Assembly (NCBI GenBank): GCA_964491895.1
Contig: CAZBHK010000007.1
Coordinates: forward strand, 258 to 64,257
Direction: 5' to 3'
Source of the DNA: an uncultured Pseudomonadota bacterium
GTDB lineage: Bacteria; Babelota; Babeliae; Babelales; UBA12411
Length of the DNA stretch: 64,000 nucleotides
Shown: positions 34,414 to 41,713 of the stretch, piece by piece
Position numbering within the stretch: position 1 is the first letter of the stretch
How the letters are laid out: each line of letters opens with the position of its first letter
Position numbers and translations under genes: made by a program
The notes under the pieces: model-generated
Database searches by the model: none
Told to the model about the DNA's origin: nothing
What the model saw: only the letters and a program-made list of their open reading frames with translations

Positions 34414-34689
34414 ATGGACGACAAGTTTATATTAAAGTTATTTATGGGTTTAGTTGTTTTAGGCTATAGTTCTTTTTTGATTTGGGGTAAGCAAGGAGTC
34501 AAATCATACTTAATTTTAAAACAGGACATTAATAAAGAAATCCTTTTATTAAGTAAGCTAGACACTAAACTAGTATCTTTAAAACAGCAGATTGATAAGT
34601 GGGAAAATGATAAGTTTTTACTAGAAAAAGAACTTAGGCAAGAATTGTTATTAGGATTACCACAAGAAACCGTGTATATTATTAATTAA
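34414..34689 (+). CDS. FtsB/DivIC-like septum formation initiator
   Basis: Single N-terminal TM (LKLFMGLVVLGYSSFLIWG) followed by a leucine-zipper-like coiled coil (LKQDINKEILLLSKLDTKLVSLKQQIDKWEND). ATG 34414 is preferred over TTG 34402. Confidence 0.6.
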   Translation: MDDKFILKLFMGLVVLGYSSFLIWGKQGVKSYLILKQDINKEILLLSKLDTKLVSLKQQIDKWENDKFLLEKELRQELLLGLPQETVYIIN

Positions 34690-34708
34690 AAAAACTTGAG
34701 AAACCTTT

Positions 34709-36184
34709 ATGAATCATAATATAGAACCAGTTTTAACTGAACATGAACTTAGAATTGCAAAGTTGAAGCTTATTAAAGATTTAAATATAGATCCATGGCC
34801 TGAATATAAGAAGGTAGACGCAACATGCGATCAAGTTATTAAAGAGTTTTCTGAGGATAATCTTAAAGAATATGCTATTGCGGGTCGTATTATTACGTTT
34901 AGAGAGCATGGTAAAACTATATTTGCTAATATCTTGGATCGTTCTGGTCAAATACAAATCTATCTTCGTCAGGATGACTTAGGTAAAGATTTTGATTTAT
35001 ACAAAAGTATCTTGGATTTGGGTGACATTATATGGTGTCAGGGTATAGTTTTTAAGACTAAGACTGGTCAGATTACCATTAAGGTTAAAAAGCTTGCTTT
35101 GTTAAGTAAGTGTTTGCATCCATTGCCTGAAAAATATCATGGCCTTGCAGATATTGAGCAGCGTTATCGACAACGTTATTTGGACTTGATAAGTAATCCT
35201 AAAAGTTTGGAAAAATTTAAAAGACGCTCAACTATAGTTAAGTATGTTAGGGATTTTTTAACTGAACATGATTTTATAGAAGTTGAGACTCCTATGCTAC
35301 ATCCAATTCCTGGTGGTGCAGCAGCTAAACCGTTTGTAACCCATCATAATGCATATGACATGGATTTATTTTTACGTATAGCACCAGAGCTTTACTTAAA
35401 ACGGCTAGTTGTTGGTGGACTTGAAAGAGTTTTTGAAATTAATAGAAACTTTAGAAATGAAGGTGTTTCTACAAGACATAATCCAGAGTTCACAATGCTG
35501 GAATTTTATATGGCACATGCTGATTATCAAAAGGGTATGGATTTAACAGAGGCTCTTATATCAACTGTTATTAATAAGATTTTTGATACAACTGAACTAC
35601 CATATAAGGATGGTATTATAAATTTAAAAACACCATTTAAGCGACTTTCTGTGTTTGATTCATTAATACAAATAGGTGGTTGTTCAAAAGAAGAATTAGA
35701 TAAAGATGAAATTAACAACTTGTTGAAGAAACATCATGTTACCTTGCTAACCAAAGAACCTAGCTATGGTGAGAAGTTATGGCTATTATTTGAAAAACTT
35801 GTAGAAGAGAAACTTTCTGATCCTATATTTATAACAGGACATCCAATAGAAGTTTCTCCATTAGCAAAGCGTGATATCAATGATCCGTTTACTGTAGCAC
35901 GTTTCGAACTTTTTGTAGGTGGTATGGAATTAGCTAACGGGTTTACTGAGCTTAATGATCCATTTGATCAAGCAGATCGATTTCATCAACAGGTTGCAGC
36001 AAGTAAGCTAGGCTATGATGAAGCACATCAGTTTGATGCAGATTTTATTAGAGCTTTGGAGTATGGATTGCCTCCAACCGTGGGTGTAGGTATAGGTATA
36101 GATCGCTTAGTAATGCTTTTAACTGATACACCATCTATTAAGGATGTGATTTTATTTCCTACAATGAAATCCAGAAATGAGTAA
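34709..36184 (+). CDS. lysS: Lysyl-tRNA synthetase, class II
   Basis: OB-fold N-terminus (GRIITFREHGKTIFANILD), motif 2 FRNEGVSTRHNPEFTMLEFY, motif 3 GIGIGIDRLVMLLT. Confidence 0.95.
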   Translation: MNHNIEPVLTEHELRIAKLKLIKDLNIDPWPEYKKVDATCDQVIKEFSEDNLKEYAIAGRIITFREHGKTIFANILDRSGQIQIYLRQDDLGKDFDLYKSILDLGDIIWCQGIVFKTKTGQITIKVKKLALLSKCLHPLPEKYHGLADIEQRYRQRYLDLISNPKSLEKFKRRSTIVKYVRDFLTEHDFIEVETPMLHPIPGGAAAKPFVTHHNAYDMDLFLRIAPELYLKRLVVGGLERVFEINRNFRNEGVSTRHNPEFTMLEFYMAHADYQKGMDLTEALISTVINKIFDTTELPYKDGIINLKTPFKRLSVFDSLIQIGGCSKEELDKDEINNLLKKHHVTLLTKEPSYGEKLWLLFEKLVEEKLSDPIFITGHPIEVSPLAKRDINDPFTVARFELFVGGMELANGFTELNDPFDQADRFHQQVAASKLGYDEAHQFDADFIRALEYGLPPTVGVGIGIDRLVMLLTDTPSIKDVILFPTMKSRNE

Positions 36185-37907
36185 TGATAACTTTATTAAA
36201 GGTCATAAATATTTATTACGTACAAAGCCATCAAATGATGTTAAAGTTTTAGAGTTAGCAGAAAGACATAATCTTTCTATTCCTATATCTCAGGTTCTTT
36301 ATAACAGGGGTTATGAGGATGACGAAGCAATAAGAAAATTTTTATTTAGTTCTGATGAAGATGTACCTAAAGGATCTTTATTAAAGGATGCTGAGCGTGC
36401 TATTGATCGTATCTTAATAGCTATATCTAAGAAAGAAAAAATTCTTATTTTTGGTGATTATGATGTTGATGGCATTAGTTCTTCCTCTTTAATGCTTGTA
36501 TGTCTATTGCCATTAGGTGCAAATATTAATTTTTTTCTACCTAACAGAAAAGATGGGTATGGTCTTTCTACAACGGCTGTTAAAAAAGCTGCGTTTAGTG
36601 GTTATAAGTTAATTATTACTGTAGATAATGGAATAACTGCTTTTCAAGCTGCAGAAGAAGCAATAAAGTTTGGCATAGATCTTATTATAACTGATCATCA
36701 TAGACCGCATGAGCTTCTTCCTAGAGCTTATGCTATTGTTAATCCATATCAACCAAACTGTGACTATCCTAATAAGTTTCTTCCAGGTGTTGGTGTAGCG
36801 TTTAAGTTAATGAGTTTACTTTATGAGAATAAAAATCTTGAGTTGCCTGAGAAGGCATATGAACTTTTAATGCTTGGGACCATAGCCGATGTTATGCCTC
36901 TTGTGGGTGAAAATCGTTATTGGGTACGTTATGGGTTGAGTAAAATTAATAAAGCGCAAAGCTATGCTATGCATGTTTTAACTCAAAATTCTAAGTTATC
37001 TAGGGAACGACTTTCATCTTTAGATATTGGCTTTGGTGTAGCACCTCAACTTAATGCTTTAGGTCGGTTGTCAGATCCTAGAGATGGTGTAAAATTTTTA
37101 ATTAGTTCTAATCATGACGATGTTGATAGGGTAGGTAAAGTTTTACTAGAAATGAATGAAGCGCGTAAGCGTATAGAACGGCAAATTTATGATGACATAT
37201 TAAATGCTATAGAAATTAAGAAGATTGATCTTGAGAAAGAAAATGTCATTGTTGCAGCCGGTTCTGGTTGGCCATCTGGCGTTGTCGGGTTAATAGCTGG
37301 ACGTCTTATGCAAAACTATGGTAAGCCTGCTATTATTTTACATGTTGGTAAAGATGGTATTTTGAAGGGCTCGTGTAGATCTATAAAAGAGTTTGATATG
37401 TTTAATGCCCTACAAGAGAATAAAGATTTATTAATTTCTTTTGGTGGCCATTCATTTGCGGCAGGTCTTGCATTAAAACAGGAAAATCTTTTTATATTAA
37501 AGAGCAACTTAGAACAAAAGATCTCAAAAGAGCTTACTGCGTTTGATCTCATACAGAAAATAGATATAGATGCGACATTATCTCTTACTGATATGACAAA
37601 AAAATTTGTTTCTGATCTTGAACAACTTGAACCTTTTGGAAATCAAAATCCATTACCTAATTTTTTGATTAAAAATGTAACTATCTTGGATCAACCAAGA
37701 TTACTTAAAGATAAGCACGTAAAGCTTTCAGTTTTCTCTGATGGGATTATAAAGCCTGTTATTTTTTTTAATAGACCTGAACTATATTCAGTTCTTGAGC
37801 AGCTAGGTGAAAAAAGCTTTCATATTGCTGGTAATATTTCTAAAAATGAGTGGAATGGTATTAGTTCTGTTGAATTAACTGGTCAGGACATAGTTATAGG
37901 GAGCTGA
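36177..37907 (+). CDS. recJ: Single-stranded-DNA-specific exonuclease RecJ
   Basis: DHH motifs IFGDYDVDGISS, ITVDNGI, IITDHH and GTIADVMPL, plus the DHHA1 segment GGHSFAAG. Overlaps the lysS stop by 8 nt. Confidence 0.92.
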   Translation: MSNDNFIKGHKYLLRTKPSNDVKVLELAERHNLSIPISQVLYNRGYEDDEAIRKFLFSSDEDVPKGSLLKDAERAIDRILIAISKKEKILIFGDYDVDGISSSSLMLVCLLPLGANINFFLPNRKDGYGLSTTAVKKAAFSGYKLIITVDNGITAFQAAEEAIKFGIDLIITDHHRPHELLPRAYAIVNPYQPNCDYPNKFLPGVGVAFKLMSLLYENKNLELPEKAYELLMLGTIADVMPLVGENRYWVRYGLSKINKAQSYAMHVLTQNSKLSRERLSSLDIGFGVAPQLNALGRLSDPRDGVKFLISSNHDDVDRVGKVLLEMNEARKRIERQIYDDILNAIEIKKIDLEKENVIVAAGSGWPSGVVGLIAGRLMQNYGKPAIILHVGKDGILKGSCRSIKEFDMFNALQENKDLLISFGGHSFAAGLALKQENLFILKSNLEQKISKELTAFDLIQKIDIDATLSLTDMTKKFVSDLEQLEPFGNQNPLPNFLIKNVTILDQPRLLKDKHVKLSVFSDGIIKPVIFFNRPELYSVLEQLGEKSFHIAGNISKNEWNGISSVELTGQDIVIGS

Positions 37908-37934
37908 AAATTTCAGGATTTACAGGTAAAAAGG

Positions 37935-38276
37935 CTATTTAAGCTTTAGACAAGGCCCTACGTAATTAAATCCTTTTTCTTTCCATTCCTTAGTTCCACC
38001 TTCATATAGATAGAGGCGTTTAAAGCCTAAAGCTAAGAGGATTTCATAGGCCTTAGTACTTGTATTACATTCATTGGATGTACAGTAGACTATGATTTCT
38101 CTAGATTTATCCCAGTCAGAGGCTATATTTTTTAGTTGTTCTAAGGGACTATTAATAGATCCCTTGATATGACAGTCCTTATATAAGTCCTCAGAAACTA
38201 CATTAACTACTGTAACATTAAGACCGTGTTCTATTTTATCTTTGAGTTCTTCAGCAGTGATTTTTATAATGGTCAT
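37935..38276 (-). CDS. Rhodanese-domain sulfurtransferase-like protein
   Basis: Single rhodanese-type fold pattern (HIKGSINSP, IIVYCTSNECNTSTKAYEIL, GGTKEWKEKG) with an active-site Cys loop. Confidence 0.7.
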   Translation of the reverse strand: MTIIKITAEELKDKIEHGLNVTVVNVVSEDLYKDCHIKGSINSPLEQLKNIASDWDKSREIIVYCTSNECNTSTKAYEILLALGFKRLYLYEGGTKEWKEKGFNYVGPCLKLK

Positions 38277-38368
38277 TTTCCCCCCACAAAAATTTGATCT
38301 TGGTATTATTAAAAATATGTTTTATGATTGCTTATTGTCAAGAAAGAGAATCTTGTAGGATAGTTATT

Positions 38369-39016
38369 ATGATTATAACGATCGATGGTCCTTCAGCTAG
38401 TGGAAAAAGTACGGTAGCTAAGGCATTGGCTAAAAAACTTGGTTTTTATTATTTATATACTGGTCTTCTTTATAGGGCTGTAGCATACATTTTTTTTGTT
38501 AAGCTTAAAAAAACTGAAGCAGATCTAGTTAATGCTGATTTTAATTTCATTAAAAATATTACTTATAAATATATGGATAATCAACCTGTAATTTTGGTTG
38601 CTAATAAGAACATTACAAATGAGCTTTTTGCTTCAACTCTAGCTAAAGGTGCTTCTGTGATCTCAGCGGATCCTCATGTTAGAGAAGGATTGCTTGAATT
38701 ACAAAGAATGATTGCAAGAAAGTATGATATAGTCGCTGATGGTAGAGATTGTGGGTCTACTGTTTTCCCAGATGCTAAGTATAAGTTTTTTTTAACTGCG
38801 TCAATAGATATTAGGGCTAAGCGTGCGTTCTTTGATGTAGCAAGAAAGAATACTGATACATTGGAAGATGTGAAAAAATCATTGGAAGAGCGGGATAAAC
38901 GAGATAAAGAACGTAAAGTGTCACCACTAGTCATTCCTAAGGATGCGATTATAATAGATAATTCTAACCTTGATATTAGGCAGACATTAGAAAAATTTCT
39001 AAGCTATATTAAATAA
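38369..39016 (+). CDS. cmk: Cytidylate kinase
   Basis: MIITIDGPSASGKSTVAK..LG..YL.TG.LYRA, GRD.GS.VFPDA..K.FL.AS...RA.RR. The track's 25-codon N-terminal extension was rejected. Confidence 0.9.
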   Translation: MIITIDGPSASGKSTVAKALAKKLGFYYLYTGLLYRAVAYIFFVKLKKTEADLVNADFNFIKNITYKYMDNQPVILVANKNITNELFASTLAKGASVISADPHVREGLLELQRMIARKYDIVADGRDCGSTVFPDAKYKFFLTASIDIRAKRAFFDVARKNTDTLEDVKKSLEERDKRDKERKVSPLVIPKDAIIIDNSNLDIRQTLEKFLSYIK

Positions 39017-39029
39017 GCAAAGGCATGTT

Positions 39030-40727
39030 ATGGTAGATGAATTATATGCGATTCGACATTCAGCAGCTCATATATTAGCGCAGGCAGTATTAGAATTATT
39101 TCCTGATACTCAAATCACTATAGGGCCTGTAACAGAGAATGGATTCTTTTATGATTTTTTACCTAAAACTAACTTTAAAGAAGAAGATCTTTTTCGCATA
39201 GAAGAAAAGATGCGAGAGATAGTAAAAAAAGACTATAAAATAGAGGGTAAGCAGTACTCTAAGGCTGAAGCTCGTAAAATTTATAAGGATAATCCATTTA
39301 AGTTAGAGATAATTGATGGCTTAAAGGACGATACTGTTGGTATATATACACAGGGTAAGTTTTCTGATTTATGTAAAGGTGGTCATACTATATCTACCGG
39401 TGGTGTTAAATATTTTAAACTTTTGAGTATTTCTGGAGCTTATTGGAGAGCCGATCGTTCAGGAATTGCCTTGCAAAGGATTACAGGAGTTGCCTTTGAA
39501 ACCAAGGAAGATTTAGACAAATATCTTCAACGATTGGAAGACTCAAAGCTTTATGATCATAGACGTCTTGGTAAACAATTAGATTTATTTTCATTTCATG
39601 ATGAATCTCCAGGTTGTGCTTTTTTTCATTCTAAGGGAACTAAGGTTTATAATAAACTGATTCAATATTCACGTAAGCTTCATAAAGATTATTTGGAGAT
39701 TAAGACTCCACTTATTATGAATGAGCAGCTTTGGAAGACTTCAGGGCACTATGATAACTATAAAGATAATATGTATTTTACAGCAGTTGATGATGAACAA
39801 TATTGTATACGTCCAATGAACTGCCCAGGAACAATGCTTTTATATAAAGAAAAACCTCATTCTTATAGAGAGTTACCACTAAGGTTGTTTGAGTATGGCC
39901 TAGTTCATAGGTATGAACTTTCTGGTGCATTGCATGGGTTATTTAGGGTACGTTCATTTACCATAGATGACTCACATATTTATTGCACATTGGATCAGAT
40001 AGAAAAAGAAGTTTTAAATATATTAAAGCTAGCACATACTATTTATAAAAAGTTTAGCTTTGAAAAGATTTATGTATCTCTTTCAACACGACCAAAAAAA
40101 TCTATGGGAACTGATAATGTTTGGGATCAGTCTACAGCTGCTCTTAAATCAGCATTGGATTCATCAGGTTTAGAATATGATATTCATGAAGGAGATGGTG
40201 CGTTTTATGGTCCTAAGATTGATCTTCAGGTTGAGGATTTTATGGAACGTAGATGGCAGTGTGGAACTATTCAGTTGGATTTTCTACAGCCTAAGAACTT
40301 TGATTTAGAATACATCGATTCTGATCAATCTCGTAAACAACCTGTAATAATCCATCGTGCCATATATGGATCCGTAGAACGGTTCTTTGGTGTGATATTA
40401 GAGCATTTTAAGGGTAAGCTTCCATTCTGGTTGTCTCCTGAACAGATAAGAATTTTGATTATAACGGATGCTCAGAAAGAGTATGCAACTACTATACTTA
40501 ATAAGCTATCTGAGGATGGTATAGAAGTTACTTTGGATGACTCTGGTGATCAAATAAGTGCACAGATAAGAAAAGCTCAAGTTGATCAGGTGCCATGGAT
40601 GTTGGTAATTGGTCAAAAGGAACAGACACAAAATACTGTTACATTACGCTATAATGATGGTAAACAGGAGTTTGGTCTAAAGCTTGAGGATGTTATAGCT
40701 AAGGTAAGGCAGCTTATCGAGATTTAA
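39030..40727 (+). CDS. thrS: Threonyl-tRNA synthetase lacking the N-terminal TGS domain
   Basis: Starts directly at the editing/SAD region HSAAHILAQAV. Class II motifs RPMNCPG, HRYELSGALHGLFRVRSFTIDDSHIY and QCGTIQLDF, plus an anticodon-binding C-terminus. Confidence 0.92.
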   Translation: MVDELYAIRHSAAHILAQAVLELFPDTQITIGPVTENGFFYDFLPKTNFKEEDLFRIEEKMREIVKKDYKIEGKQYSKAEARKIYKDNPFKLEIIDGLKDDTVGIYTQGKFSDLCKGGHTISTGGVKYFKLLSISGAYWRADRSGIALQRITGVAFETKEDLDKYLQRLEDSKLYDHRRLGKQLDLFSFHDESPGCAFFHSKGTKVYNKLIQYSRKLHKDYLEIKTPLIMNEQLWKTSGHYDNYKDNMYFTAVDDEQYCIRPMNCPGTMLLYKEKPHSYRELPLRLFEYGLVHRYELSGALHGLFRVRSFTIDDSHIYCTLDQIEKEVLNILKLAHTIYKKFSFEKIYVSLSTRPKKSMGTDNVWDQSTAALKSALDSSGLEYDIHEGDGAFYGPKIDLQVEDFMERRWQCGTIQLDFLQPKNFDLEYIDSDQSRKQPVIIHRAIYGSVERFFGVILEHFKGKLPFWLSPEQIRILIITDAQKEYATTILNKLSEDGIEVTLDDSGDQISAQIRKAQVDQVPWMLVIGQKEQTQNTVTLRYNDGKQEFGLKLEDVIAKVRQLIEI

Positions 40728-40733
40728 TAACCC

Positions 40734-40960
40734 TTACTTGTTTACAGTGTTTTTTATTGGGCATTTGCTGCAAAATGGTGAGACAGGTGTACAGATATTT
40801 TGCCCTAGTCGTACAAGTAGGCTATTCCATTCTATCCAGTATTGCTTAGGTAATATTTTCTGAAGAGTAAATTCTGCTTCTTCTGGTGTTTTGGTTTTAA
40901 TTAACCCCAGCCGATTAGAGATTCTGTGTACATGTATGTCTACGCAAATTGCAGGTATGC
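40734..40960 (-). pseudogene. nth: Endonuclease III (nth) remnant: C-terminal ~75 codons only, with a frameshifted Fe-S motif
   Basis: My minus-strand translation is [75 protein letters not shown]. This matches the Nth pattern ..AVDTH..RV.NR.G... and C-x6-C-x2-C. There is no start codon and no N-terminal HhH half. Confidence 0.75.
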
Positions 40961-40961
40961 C

Positions 40962-41016
40962 AAGAAAAGGGTTTTTACCATTTATAATTCACATAAATGG
41001 TAAAAACCCTTTTCTT
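40962..41016. repeat. Perfect 23-bp inverted repeat (hairpin) with a 9-nt spacer
   Basis: aagaaaagggtttttaccattta (40962-40984), taattcaca, taaatggtaaaaacccttttctt (40994-41016). The arms are exact reverse complements. Confidence 0.9.
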
Positions 41017-41060
41017 ATTTTAAGTAAAAGATAAATTAAATGATTATTTATTAACTTAAC

Positions 41061-41198
41061 CTATTTATGGCTATTAATAAAATCATCTGGCCATTCGTAA
41101 GGTTTATAAAAGCAAGGTGCAGTCATTAAATTTAATCTTAAAAACTCTCTTCTTGGGAAGTTTTTTAAGATTAAATTTAAATGCTTTAAGTTTGCCAT
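41061..41198 (-). CDS. Unlisted small ORF (45 aa), unknown function
   Basis: ggagtattaaaATG, i.e. GGAG 7 nt upstream. Translation MANLKHLNLILKNFPRREFLRLNLMTAPCFYKPYEWPDDFINSHK*. Below the track's length cut-off. Confidence 0.4.
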   Translation of the reverse strand: MANLKHLNLILKNFPRREFLRLNLMTAPCFYKPYEWPDDFINSHK

Positions 41199-41362
41199 TT
41201 TAATACTCCTACAAAGCATTTAAATTCTTTGTTAAAATAAAAAAAGTTTCTATTATATTTCACAAATATAATAGAAACTTTTAATTATATAAAATAGTTA
41301 AAATAAATAATAAATTATTTCGGGTTTTTTAAAGTTTTGAACCTTTTTATAATTTGTTTTTA

Positions 41363-41503
41363 TTACTTAGTTGTACCTGTACCTTTTGGCTGTTCTACAT
41401 CAAAAGGATCTTTATGGCAAGGTATAAGTGTTAAGGTTAAGGCTAATAATCCAGTTACAAACAAAGTTTTTAATAGATGATTAACTCTTTTTAGTATAGT
41501 CAT
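41363..41503 (-). CDS. Unlisted small ORF (46 aa), signal-peptide or lipoprotein-like
   Basis: aaaggagtataaaATG, a strong SD. Translation MTILKRVNHLLKTLFVTGLLALTLTLIPCHKDPFDVEQPKGTGTTK*, with a hydrophobic core followed by Cys. Confidence 0.5.
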   Translation of the reverse strand: MTILKRVNHLLKTLFVTGLLALTLTLIPCHKDPFDVEQPKGTGTTK

Positions 41504-41713
41504 TTTATACTCCTTTGATTTTATTTTACTCAATAAACTCACTTAAGTTTATATTTCAAATTGTAATACATAAAATACAATATCAAAAATAATGTTAGAT
41601 TAAAAAAAAATTAAAATCAAGATGTTTTAGCGGTTGCTTTTTTATTATTAAAGGGTTAAGGTTTATAGTAGCAGTTTATTACAAATAATTAATTATATTT
41701 ACTAGCAGATTTT

